From positions 5,704,001 through 5,768,000 of the forward strand of contig OZ024747.1 in assembly GCA_964016885.1 (NCBI GenBank): a DNA stretch of 64,000 bases. The letters run 5' to 3'. Position 1 is the first letter of the stretch; every line of letters starts with the position of its first letter. Origin of the DNA: Eledone cirrhosa (lineage: Eukaryota). A program made the position numbers and the translations under genes. This document shows positions 42,818-56,131 of the stretch, piece by piece. The notes beneath the pieces were generated by a model. That model was given only the letters and a program-made list of their open reading frames with translations. It was not told the DNA's origin and did no database searches.

Positions 42818-43230
42818 TAAATCAAGAAAGAAGAGTGACACGGTTTACTCTACAATAAGGGCTTTATTCACATAGCTGATAATTGTTTCTCTGAACTGGT
42901 AGGTCTGGAGATCGCTACCCGCCTGTTTCTGCGTCAATCGATCACCAATACATAGTAATAACCAGTCGATTCATCAGAGCATGCTCGCTAGTTCTGATGA
43001 ATTGACTGGTTATTACTGTCAGCAATGTGATTAAAGCATTGTATAGCAAACCATGTCACTCTTCTTTCTTGATTTATCATTACTCCAAGTGTAAACAACA
43101 TAGAAATCACCGCGTACTCGCAACATCACTATGGAAACGCCTTGTTGAGTCAAACTTAGCCAAGTGTTGATACCATCTACTACTCGGAGTACCCTAAGTG
43201 GACTACCTATAACAATAATTTGTTATCCCG
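42818..43230 (+). mobile_element. Fold-back element family D with hammerhead having a very long stem II
   Basis: Terminal arms 42818-42856 / 43039-43077. Minus strand gct CTGATGA (~80 nt) GAAAC AATT ATC agc (42875-42980). The plus arm is internally deleted but keeps CTGATGA and tGTC agc. Mini-copy at 47415-47472. Confidence 0.7.
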
Positions 43231-43295
<65 letters not shown>

Positions 43296-43361
43296 TTGTG
43301 TGTGTGTGTACGCAAAGCATTCTATCTGGCGTTCTAATGGCTGCCAATTTAACCTGTTGAC

Positions 43362-43416
<55 letters not shown>

Positions 43417-43842
43417 AATAAGCGTTAAGACTGAAGTTACTTAATTATATTTTTAATTATACGTATTTCTGTGGCACCGGTATGGAGCTCTGGTGCAATT
43501 GTTACAACAGAGAGCGTTATCAGATGTTAACACAATTATGAGGGTGGGTTGATATGTTGTTGGCTAAATATATATATATATGTGAGTGTAGATATATATA
43601 TATATATACGCACGCAGTCCCATACACACACAATGAGAAAATAATTCCCATATAGTCGCACACACACGTAATCACTTGCAACTACACACGTGTATATATA
43701 AACACTCATATATACATACATGCACACGCACATATATATGTTTGTATATAATAAACATAGCTATATATATATATATATTATATATATAAAGATATAACTA
43801 TGCGTGCACATATTTACAAACACACGTATATAAGTATATGCA

Positions 43843-43880
<38 letters not shown>

Positions 43881-44432
43881 CTCTCGCTTCCACTCACACA
43901 CAGACACACACACCACACACACCACACACACACCACACACGCACACCACCACCACACCATACACGCATACAGATATACTAGTCTATACGTTTGCTCCATG
44001 TGAATCTGCCCCCAGCAGTGAACTACGTCTAAATTCTCACACTATGGACCATAGAGTGTGTGTCTCTATTGGTGATCTCAATGTGGCTGTGTTTATTTAC
44101 ATATCTCATTGTTTGTGTATACACGTGAATGACTATTTATCTATCAAAATATAAATAAATAAATATATATTTATAAATTCTTACACATGTACACGAATAT
44201 ACACACAGTGTGTCACACACATTGCGACGCTTAAACATATACAAGTGTATATTTATCTATGAATATATATACATATATATATGTACATATATATATATAT
44301 GTACATATATATATATATGTACATATACATATATATATGTACTTATATATATATGTACATATATATATATTTATATATATACACACACACACACACACAT
44401 CCATACATACTCACACACATATATATAATTAT

Positions 44433-44503
<71 letters not shown>

Positions 44504-44793
44504 GCACACGTGCATACATACTCACACACATATATATATAATTTATATCATGTATGTGTGAGTGTGTATATATCTCCTTTTTTGTGACTTCAATATCTGC
44601 ATTCCTCCCTCTCTTTCTCACACACACACGCACACATAAAGCTGTGTCTTCCCTTAGATTGTTGCAAACTAGGAACTATTAAATTGTTACTATATACCCT
44701 GTCATTTTTACGGGTATTATGCTATTATATATATATATATATAAATACTGGCGACTTAGTTTGGAGCTGAATCGTCGGGGTCCCGTCTCTTTT

Positions 44794-44843
<50 letters not shown>

Positions 44844-45404
44844 TAGATATAGAGATAGATAGATATATAGATATAGATATATAGATATATATATATAGAG
44901 AGAGAGAGAGAGATAGATAGATAGATAGATATGCATGTGTATGTAGACGTGTGTGTGTGTGTGTCTGTGTGTGTATTGAGGGAGTGCGAAAGGATGACGT
45001 AAAATCGGGTGGAGGGCGAGATGGGTAGGTGGGATTTTTTTAAAGGGCTATAAAAAAGGGTAATGGGAGCCCGAGGCGGAATTTCTAAAAGTGGATCACT
45101 TCTATTAATCTTTTATTAAGTCTAATCCGAATCTTTAAAATATTATAATCCGGCTACCTTGACATAGATTCCTTAATTCAAAATATTGATTTGCAACCCA
45201 AGCACAAGCATGGATGTATGGTGAAGAAACTTGCTCCACACCCCAGCCTGGATGGCCAATGTACCGTGAGTGGAATTTAACTGATCGAAACTACAGAAGC
45301 TTGTCATATATATATAGTGAACAAATTTGTGGACGTTAGAAAACGTTCTTTACAGATCAAGGAAAATGATAATAAAAAAGAGGGGGGTCGACTAGCACAC
45401 CTGG

Positions 45405-45443
<39 letters not shown>

Positions 45444-45495
45444 AAAAGGTAAACAGAAATAACAACACAATCGGTACAGTAATATATATATACAT

Positions 45496-45650
45496 AGTTA
45501 TGTAATAAACAACATAAGACAATTATTCCATTTACCAAAGGTTTCACGAAGACAGACGAGCTCGAAACAGACGTCTGAAATCGCTCATCAGAATGTAGCT
45601 CTGTAGCTTACATAGAGCACTCTCTTTTCCTTTACCTTTCCTATGGAAAC

Positions 45651-45652
<2 letters not shown>
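45496..45652 (+). mobile_element. Family C copy: inverted hammerhead joined directly to tail
   Basis: 45529-45595 is a minus-strand HHR like 34969-35035; 45596-45652 matches the 35188-35243 tail. Confidence 0.85.
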
Positions 45653-45698
<46 letters not shown>

Positions 45699-45702
<4 letters not shown>

Positions 45703-46322
45703 TCACAAGAATCAAAGCTATGTTCAAAGCATTTATTCACTTTACAATTGTTTCATCCAAACCTAGGCTTGAAGTCTTCGGAGCATTTTTCAATGTTTGT
45801 ACATATAATTGACCTCCTTTCCCACGCAAGAGACATACAGATACATATATATATATTGATGTACAGTACTATACTATACTATATTTGTACAGCAATTCAA
45901 ATTCAAAATCAAAATTAAAAATTAAAATACATTCGGCAGATAACAGATAATGCAAGAGGATAGTTTGATAGTCAGATCTAATAGGTAGTGTATTTCGTAT
46001 ATAAATGAGACACACTTGCATGCTCCATGTGTAACTAACGCATACACTACCTACTAGATCTGACTATCAAACTATCCTCTTGCATTATCTATGTTATCTG
46101 CCGAATGTATTTTTATTTTTATTTTTATTTTTATTTTTATTTTTATTTTTATTTTTATTTTTATTTTTATTTTTATTTTAATTTTAATTTTAATTTTAAT
46201 TTTAATTTTGATTTTGATTTTGATTTTGATTTTGATTTTGATTTTGATTTTGATTTTGATTTTGAATTGCTGTACAAATATAGTATAGTATAATATATGT
46301 CACTCCACTGTACATCAATATA
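45699..46322 (-). mobile_element. PLE pLTR-related fragment with inverted repeat
   Basis: 45700-45850 resembles 53310-53450, including CCGAAGA...GAAACAATTGTA (45738-45785, -); inverted arms ~45852-45994 / 46042-46322. Confidence 0.7.
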
Positions 46323-47335
46323 TATATATTTGTATGGTGGTGTAGGTGATGGTACAGTAGTAGTAGTGGTGGTGGTTGTGTAGGTGGTGGTACAGTAGTA
46401 GTGGTGGTGGTGGTGTAGATGGTGGTTGGTGGTGGTAAAGTAGTAGTGGTGGTGGTGGTGGTGTAGGTGGTGGTGGTACAGTAGTGGTGGTGGTGGTGGT
46501 GTAGGTGGTGGTACAGTAGTAGTAGTGGTGGTGGTGGTGGTATAGGTGGTGGTACAGTAGTAGTGGTGGTGGTGGTGTAGGTGGTGGTACAGTAGTAGTA
46601 GTAGTGGTGGTGGTGGTAGCAATGGAGGTGTAACACCCTACTCCTCCTCATATATTTCCCCTCCTACAAATATTGTATTCACAACATGCAATTAAAATAT
46701 CGCACTGAACTCTAAATTGACCTCCACAACAACACACAAGAAACTGTCGTATCACACACACACATACACACACTTATACACACACACATGCACACACTTA
46801 TATACACACATACACACATACACACTTATGACTCACACACACACTTATATTCTCACACACACATGCAGACTTATAATCTCACACACACATACTCACACAC
46901 TAATACTCTCACAAGAAACTGTTATATATCACACTTATACACACACACAGACACACACACACACACACACACACTTATACACACACTTATACACACACAC
47001 GTATACTCTCACACACACTTATACAAACACACACATACACACACACTTATACACACACACACACATACACACACTTATACACACACATACATACGCACAC
47101 ACATACACACACACCCATACCCACATTTATACACACACACTTATACACACACACACACATATATACACACCCACACTTATAGCCTCACACTACAAGCCAC
47201 CCACGGGCACACATTTGCTTATCTCTGCTTTTTGGGGTTTGGCATTATATAAATACCATCACTGATGTCTGTTTATATATAACTGTGTATATAGATATAG
47301 ATATATAGATATATATGTATATATATATATATATG

Positions 47336-47380
<45 letters not shown>

Positions 47381-47386
47381 ATGTTG

Positions 47387-47419
<33 letters not shown>

Positions 47420-47474
47420 GTAACAGATTATTGTTATAGGTAGTCCACCGTGTCACTCTTCTTTCCTGATTTAT

Positions 47475-47502
47475 ATATATGTGTATATATATATATATAT
47501 AT

Positions 47503-47546
<44 letters not shown>

Positions 47547-48419
47547 GTATATATATATGTATATATATGTATATATATATGTATATATATATGTATATAT
47601 ATATGTATATATATATATATATATGTACATATATATGTATATATATATGTATATATATATGTATATATATATACATATATGTACATATATATATATCTAT
47701 GTATATATATGTATGTATATATATATGTATATATATATATATATATGTACATATATATATATCTATGTATATGTATGTATATATATATATGTATATATAT
47801 ATGTACATATATATATATCTATGTATATGTATGTATATATATATATGTATATATATATGTATGTATATATATATATGTATATATATATGTATATGTATAT
47901 ATATATGTACATATATATATATGTATGTATATATATATATATGTATGTATATATATATGTATGTATGTATATATGTATATATATATGTAATGTATATATA
48001 TATGTATGTACATATATGTATGTATATATATATGTATGTACATATATGTATGTATATATGTATGTATGTATGTATATATATATGTATGTATATGTATGTA
48101 TATATATATGTATGTATATATATATGTATATATATATGTATATATATATGTATTTATATATATGTATATATATATATGTATGTATATATATATGTATGTA
48201 TGTATATATATATATATGTATATATATATGTATATATATGTGTATATATATATATGTATATATATATGTGTATATATATATATGTATATATATATGTGTA
48301 TATATATATATGTATATATATATGTATGTATATATATATGTATATATATATATATGTATATATGTATATATGTATGTATATATGTATATATGTATGTATA
48401 TATGTATGTATATATATAT
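47475..48419. repeat. TA/TATG compound microsatellite
   Basis: Direct reading. Confidence 0.98.
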
Positions 48420-48788
48420 GAGAAGGAAAACTCTGATATAACACCTGCAACCCTGATGGTATCCAATGATGTTGACTTGTTCTTCTTTTTGGTAAATATC
48501 ATCTTGGTTAAGAAAGTGGGACTGGCTTTGTGCAGTGCCTTTGCTCACTATAAAAGCTTCACGGCACAGGCATTGCTTTGTATCTGGAGATCTCTCTGCA
48601 CTTGTCCTCACATGGTACCATGGGCCCAGCACTATGTGTCAATGATTGTCACAGGTGTAGTGTTTGTACCAGAGTTTTCAAGTCGCTGGCTGGACTAAAA
48701 AGTCACACTCGTTCAGCGCTTCGGTAGGGGTTCTCCTACATGGATATAAAGTAGTGGCCGTACTCGAAAACGAGTTGGCAGCCACCAT
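48420..48788 (+). mobile_element. RTE-derived non-autonomous element, 5' truncated
   Basis: Matches the 3' ~370 bp of 49539-50148. Confidence 0.9.
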
Positions 48789-48991
48789 ATGTATGTATAT
48801 GTATATATGTATGTATATGTATATGTGTATGTATGTGTATGTATATATATGTATATGTGTATGTATATGTATGTGTATGTATGTATATATGTGTGTATAT
48901 GTATGTATGTATATGTATATGTATATGTATGTATGTATATGTATGTATGTATGTATGTATGTGTATATGTATGTATATATATATGTATATG

Positions 48992-49022
<31 letters not shown>

Positions 49023-49065
49023 GTATATGTATGTATATGTATATGTATGTATGTGTATGTATGTG

Positions 49066-49097
<32 letters not shown>

Positions 49098-49137
49098 TAT
49101 ATGTATGTATGTATATGTATGTGTGTATGTATGTATG

Positions 49138-49171
<34 letters not shown>

Positions 49172-49235
49172 TATATGTATGTATGTGTATATGTATGTGT
49201 ATGTGTATGTATATGTATATGTATATATATATGCT

Positions 49236-49499
49236 GCTTTGTGCAGTGCCTTTGCTCACTATAAAAGCTTCACAGCACAGGCATTGCTTTATATCTGGAG
49301 ATCTCTCTGCACTGGTCGTCACATGGTACCATGGGCCCAGCACTATGTGTCAATAATTGTCACAAGTGTAGTGTTTGTACCAGAGTTTTCAAGTCGCTGG
49401 CTGGACTAAAAAGTCACATTCGTTCAGCGCATTGGTAGGGGTTCTCCTACATGGATATAAAGTAGTGGCCGTACTCGAAAACGAGTTGGCAGCCACCAT
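49236..49499 (+). mobile_element. RTE-derived non-autonomous element, 5' truncated
   Basis: Matches the 3' ~265 bp of 49539-50148. Confidence 0.9.
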
Positions 49500-49538
49500 A
49501 TATATATATGTATGTATATATGTATGTATATATGTTAT

Positions 49539-50148
49539 GTCAGGTCACCAGTTGGTGCTACTGGTAACATGTATCCCAGTACAACCTGTCCCATGGTCGG
49601 GTCGTTGGCGACTAAACTGGCAACCCCACCAAGGTTTCTTGGTGAGGAGGGTGACTTTGGACATCCTGCAGGACTAAAAACAAAACCTGTCAAAAGGCAA
49701 AGGAGCTCTTAAGAGTCAATGGCCATCCAAAATCACCGGGAGAGATGACCCCTTAGCCTTTGTCAAGGCAGAATTCTAGGAGAAGGAAAACTCTGATATA
49801 ACACCTGCAACCCTGATGGTATCCAATGATGTTGACTTGTTCTTCTTTTTGGTAAATATCATCTTGGTTAAGAGAGTGGGACTGGCTTTGTGCAGTGCCT
49901 TTGCTCACTATAAAAGCTTCACGGCACAGGCATTGCTTTATATCTGGAGATCTCTCTGCACTTGTCGTCACATGGTACCATGGGCCCAGCACTATGTGTC
50001 AGTAATTGTCACAAGTGTAGTGTTTGTACCAGAGTTTTCAAGTCGCTGGCTGGACTAAAAAGTCACACTCGTTCAGCGCATCGGTAGGGGTTCTCCTACA
50101 TGGATATAAAGTAGTGGCCGTACTCGAAAACGAGTTGGCAGCCACCAT
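49539..50148 (+). mobile_element. Full-length ~610-bp bipartite RTE-derived non-autonomous element
   Basis: RTE 5' UTR-like motif tagcctttgtcaaggc..ctaggagaaggaaaactctg fused to an ORF C-terminus with a C2H2 finger ([23 protein letters not shown]-stop) and a short 3' end ctcgaaaacgagttggcagccaccat. Confidence 0.85.
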
Positions 50149-50292
50149 ATATATATGTATGTATATATATATATGTATGTATATATATATGTATATATAT
50201 ATATATGTATGTATATATATATATATATGTATGTATATATATATGTATATATATATATATATGTATGTATATATATATGTATATATATATAT

Positions 50293-50900
50293 GTCAGGTC
50301 ACCAGTTGGTGCTACTGTTAACATGTATTACAGTACAACCTGTCCCATGGTCGGGTCGTTGGCGACTAAACTGGCAACCCCACCAAGGTTTCTTGGTGAG
50401 GAGGGTGACTTTGGACATCCTGCAGGACTAAAAACAAAACCTGTCAAAGGGCAAAGGAGCTCTTAAGAGTCAATGGCCATCCAAAATAACCGGGAGAGAT
50501 GACCCCTTAGCCTTCGTCAAGGCAGAATTCTAGAAGAAGGAAAACTCTGATATAACACCTGCAACCCTGATGGTATCCAATGATGTTGACTTGTTCTTCT
50601 TTTTGGTAAATATCATCTTGGTTAAGAGAGTGGGACTGGCTTTGTGCAGTGCCTTTGCTCACTATAAAAGCTTCACGGCACAGGCATTGCTTTATATCTG
50701 GAGATCTCTCTGTACTTGTCGTCACATGGTACCATGGGCCCAGCACTGTGTCAATAATTGTCACAGGTGTAGTGTTTGTACCAGAGTTTAGAAGTTGCTG
50801 GCTGGACTAAAAAGTCACACTTGTTTAGCGCATCGGTAGGGGTTCTCCTACATGGATATAAAGTAGTGGCCGTACTCGAAAACGAGTTGGCAGCCACCAT
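50293..50900 (+). mobile_element. Second full-length copy of the RTE-derived element
   Basis: Same termini as 49539-50148. Confidence 0.9.
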
Positions 50901-51078
50901 ATATATATATATGTATATATATATATTTCTAGTTATTATGTATATATATATATATATATATATGTATATTTATATGTGTATATATATATGTATATATATA
51001 TATATGTATATATATATGTATATATATATATATATGTATATATATGTATATATATATATGTATATGTATATATATATG

Positions 51079-51127
<49 letters not shown>

Positions 51128-51253
51128 GTATATATATGTATATATATGTATTATATATATATGTATATATATGTATGTATATATATATGTATATATATAT
51201 GTATATATATATGTGTATATATATATGTATATATATATGTGTATATATATATG

Positions 51254-51284
<31 letters not shown>

Positions 51285-51299
51285 GTATATATATATATG

Positions 51300-51330
<31 letters not shown>

Positions 51331-51343
51331 GTATATATATATG

Positions 51344-51374
<31 letters not shown>

Positions 51375-51679
51375 GTATATATATATGTATATATATATAT
51401 GTATATATATATATATGTATATATATATGTATATATATATGTATATATATATATGTATATATATATATATGTATATATATATATGTATATATATATATAT
51501 GTATATATATATGTATATATATATATATGTATATATATATGTATATATATATATGTATATATATATATGTATATATATGTATATATGTATATATATGTAT
51601 ATATATATATGTATATATATGTATATATATATGTATATATATGTATATATATGTATATATATATATGTATATATATATG

Positions 51680-51732
<53 letters not shown>

Positions 51733-51901
51733 GTATATATATGTATATATATATATATATATGTATATATATGTATATATATATATATATATATACATGT
51801 ATATGTATATATATATATATATATGTATATATATGTATATATATATATATATATATACATGTATATATATGTATATATATATATATATATGTATATATAT
51901 G

Positions 51902-51946
<45 letters not shown>

Positions 51947-52011
51947 GTATATATATATATATATATGTATATATATGTATATATATATATGTATATATAT
52001 GTATATATATG

Positions 52012-52042
<31 letters not shown>

Positions 52043-52077
52043 GTATATATATGTATATATATATATATGTATATATG

Positions 52078-52108
<31 letters not shown>

Positions 52109-52153
52109 GTATATATATATGTATATATATGTATATATATATGTATATATATG

Positions 52154-52244
<91 letters not shown>

Positions 52245-52261
52245 GTATATATATATATGTG

Positions 52262-52292
<31 letters not shown>

Positions 52293-52333
52293 GTATATAT
52301 ATATATGTATATATATGTATATATATATATGTG

Positions 52334-52364
<31 letters not shown>

Positions 52365-52435
52365 GTATATATATATATGTATATATATATATGTATATAT
52401 ATATATGTATATATATATATGTATATATATATATG

Positions 52436-52480
<45 letters not shown>

Positions 52481-52585
52481 GTATATATATATATGTATAT
52501 ATATATATGTATATATATATATGTATATGTATATATATATATGTATATATATATATGTATATATATATATGTATATATATATATG

Positions 52586-52632
<47 letters not shown>

Positions 52633-52738
52633 GTATATATATATATGTGTATATATATATATGTGTATATATATATATGTATATATATATATATGTATAT
52701 ATATATAACTTTGAATAACTTTGAAATGTTTTGGCCAG

Positions 52739-52803
<65 letters not shown>

Positions 52804-52926
52804 GTATATATATATGTATATATATATATGTATATATATATGTATATATATATATGTATATATATATATGTATATATATATATGTATATATTTATATGTA
52901 TATATTTATATGTATATATATATATG

Positions 52927-52971
<45 letters not shown>

Positions 52972-53006
52972 GTATATATATGTATATATATGTATATATA
53001 TATATG

Positions 53007-53053
<47 letters not shown>

Positions 53054-53068
53054 GTATATATGTGTATG

Positions 53069-53099
<31 letters not shown>

Positions 53100-53137
53100 G
53101 TATGTATATATATATGTATATATATATATATGTATGT
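50901..53137. repeat. ~2.2-kb (TA)n/TATG microsatellite
   Basis: Direct reading; two short unique interruptions (~50926, ~52708). Confidence 0.98.
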
Positions 53138-53342
53138 AGTATTAGTTATACTATTTATGGTTATGTAAACACAAAACCTTATGCAGTTATAAGTATTTTA
53201 CACACACCCTAAATAGTGGTAGGCAGTAATGTATTACTACCTTATTACCAGTAAGTTAAGTAGCTCAATGTAAAAACATCAGATGATTTACAGAGCAGTT
53301 ATATGAAATATAAGAATCAAAGAACTGTTCAAAACATTATTG

Positions 53343-53389
53343 TGCTTACAGCTGTTTCCTCCAAACCGAGGTTTGGATTCTTCGGAGCA
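53343..53389 (-). ncRNA. Hammerhead ribozyme in PLE pLTR (C4 core variant)
   Basis: tgct CCGAAGA atccaaacctcggtttggag GAAAC AGCT GTA agca. Confidence 0.75.
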
Positions 53390-54853
53390 ATTTATTAATG
53401 CATGGACAGTTATATGACCTCCTTTTCAGCCGAGAGACATACCGATACATATTCAAACATTGATACATATTCAAACATTGTGGGTCAACATTCATTACAG
53501 AATTTAGAGTGGCAGTACACACTTCGAGATTATATTTATATTAAGAGGTACAATCAAAAATCAAAAATACAGGTTAAAATACAACATGAAGATAAGCGGT
53601 TATATAGTGCAAATGTTATATGTGTGGCACGCATGTGCGTCATGTTTATATAGTGTGGCAGAGAGATATGTGTGGTAGAGGCACTTAGGTAGGTAAACAA
53701 GAGTGTTATGTTGGTAGATCTGGTGGCAAATTCTTTATATGATTGATATAGTCTGTGTGTGGAGAAATGTTATAAGCATTAAAAATAGTGCAAGCATTAA
53801 AAGTATTGGAGATGCACAGCGAAGGGATCTCAAGTATTTCATGTACTTCGACATTTTCATGGTCAGGGGAGTGTATTTTTCGATTATATGCCCCTCACAT
53901 AATCCACGACAATCCGATATTGAGTGTTTGACAATCCAGTTAGAGATCGTAGTCTGGTGTTCTTTAGTTCAATACAGGAGGCTGTTACGTTTCGAGAAAC
54001 GCCATTGAATACCACCCGGAAGTGTGTGTGTGGCTAAGGGGAGTTAATGCATGCGGGGAGGTAACTCCGGGGTTTCTATACCTAGCTATTAAAATGTGTC
54101 ACAATATAGACCCCAATTTCTATGGTGATGCGCATCCTCCAAGAAAATTTTTAAATTTTTAAAGCACAAAGTGTATTAACTATAGAGTAGTTTAATTAAG
54201 TTATGCTGAAGGTGATCATATTATTATGGTGGATTAACCCATCGTAAGGTGCCACAGATGGAAATTATAGATGATGAGCGAGGATTCTAAATTAATGATC
54301 TCTGTTTTTGTAGTCTACTCATAGGACCAGGCGCGGTGATTGCAGGATTGCTTCAGGACCCAATGATCTCTGGTAAGTTCTGGGTCATCGCTTGCTACAT
54401 TGGATGTCGAAAGATAATCATCCCCAGGCCGGCCAGAGGTCAATCCGCAGTCCTCGCGACCCCTCTCTGACCGTCAGATCATCCATATATGTACAACCCG
54501 CACGGCGGTTGCAATGCATTCACTCACTGCGCTCAGCAGCCTGGTCCTACTGCTCAACAGCGTTACTAGATTAAATCATTTTTCATCTGTCTAAGGAAGG
54601 TGTTTCCTCTGCACAACACTATCCAACCGATCAATTCATGCTCAAATTACCCTTAGAGCGGTGTAGTGCCGTTCAAGAGGGTGGATGTTGTCACACCTGA
54701 CGTAGAGGTATAAATGGGTATTCTCCCCGCGAAGGGTTCCAGGGGGATGTCGTTGTTTGTGTTATAATAGATCAGTTAGTGTTGGGTATGTAGTATAAGG
54801 TGTGTTTCTGGTGTTTGATGCTAGATGTGGTGCTAGGTTCCAGTCCGACATTG

Positions 54854-55750
54854 CTATATATTGGGCTTAAAGTTTTGGAAGGAATGTCTGAAGCGGTGCT
54901 GGCAAGTTGCAAACACCTCAGATTTTTTGTTAAGTAGGTTACGGTTGGAGAAGATAATATTGTGTGTCTCTAGTATACAGAGGTTACAAAATTTATTAGG
55001 TGGTTTGTACGAGGTCGCGCTGCCTATCACTTCCCATTTGAGTGTGTATGGTTTATTTTTAGTTTTTAGATAGTGTATGTATCTAGAAAGTGAGGTGGAG
55101 TTTGCTAGGCTGTGCTTTTTGAACGAGTGGATGTGCGAATTATATCTGATTTTGAAGCAGTTAGAAGTGGAGCCTACATAGGTTTCTGAAGAGTTGTTAG
55201 TCGTGACGGTGCATGAGTATATGATATCCTTGGTTAGGCATTTTTTATCTAAAGGGCAGGTTCTATTAGCTCTACAGTTACAATTATCCTGTGCGTTAGT
55301 CCGCTGGTTATAATGCAGTGCGGAAGTCTGTGTGGTAGCTATAGGATTTTGGGCGTTCGGGTTGACAGCCCTGGTGTTATTACTTATACTAGTGTTATTT
55401 CTATTGTTACTGCCGTTGCTATGGTTGCTTGCTACAGTGGTATTTAGAGGGTTTGCATCCCGTTGTGATTTTGTTTGTTGGAAGTAAGAACTAATTTTAC
55501 TATTATTGCTGCTAGCTATGTGGTATGCTAAGTTAGGCGTCGTAGAGTATGAGATTTTAATGGTGTTTTTGTTTAAGAGGTTGTGGTACTTGTGTCCTAG
55601 GGGGAAGTTTTTATCTAGTAGTGAGAAGAAAGCCCTAGGTATGTTGGTGGAGACATTTAGGTTGAAAGGAGGGTTGAAAAATGTATTATTTCTTCTTCTA
55701 TTTTTGCTTTTAGTGTTTAGTGTGTTGCTTCTTCCTAAGGCCCCACAGTA
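54854..55750 (-). CDS. PLE ORF C-terminus: RT thumb/linker, Cys-rich linker and GIY-YIG endonuclease
   Basis: [13 protein letters not shown]...FP..H...KISYS; [15 protein letters not shown]; IIY-x11-YVG; R, E, N catalytic positions; CNLC and CQH. The track ORF N-terminus in (TA)n is spurious. Confidence 0.92.
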   Translation of the reverse strand, partial: YCGALGRSNTLNTKSKNRRRNNTFFNPPFNLNVSTNIPRAFFSLLDKNFPLGHKYHNLLNKNTIKISYSTTPNLAYHIASSNNSKISSYFQQTKSQRDANPLNTTVASNHSNGSNNRNNTSISNNTRAVNPNAQNPIATTQTSALHYNQRTNAQDNCNCRANRTCPLDKKCLTKDIIYSCTVTTNNSSETYVGSTSNCFKIRYNSHIHSFKKHSLANSTSLSRYIHYLKTKNKPYTLKWEVIGSATSYKPPNKFCNLCILETHNIIFSNRNLLNKKSEVFATCQHRFRHSFQNFKPNI

Positions 55751-55822
55751 GTTTCCATGGTAATGGTTACTTCCGGTGGCACCCTCCGCTTTGGTGTAGT
55801 TGTGGTTACTATTCCTATTATG

Positions 55823-55900
<78 letters not shown>

Positions 55901-55904
55901 TATA

Positions 55905-55951
<47 letters not shown>

Positions 55952-56003
55952 GAATGTATATATATGTATGTATACATATGTATGTATACATATGTATGTA
56001 TAC

Positions 56004-56049
<46 letters not shown>

Positions 56050-56096
56050 GTGTATAAATATATATATATGTATATATATATATGTATATATATATG

Positions 56097-56131
<35 letters not shown>

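Larger units (their letters stand above)
53138..55820 (-). mobile_element. 5'-truncated Penelope-like retroelement
   Basis: GIY-YIG ORF, ~1.7-kb 3' region, terminal hammerhead; (TA)n on both sides. Confidence 0.9.

Noticed and set aside
49753-50058. Recurrent 79-80-aa ORFs (MVSNDVDL.., MLGPWYHV..) as a small gene family
   Set aside because: Incidental frames inside the repeated RTE derivative; the meaningful frame is the short C2H2 finger remnant.
50776-53139. 787-aa ORF and the many other YI/CV/HT-rich ORFs
   Set aside because: Translations of TA, CA, TATG and triplet microsatellites, which lack stop codons by composition.
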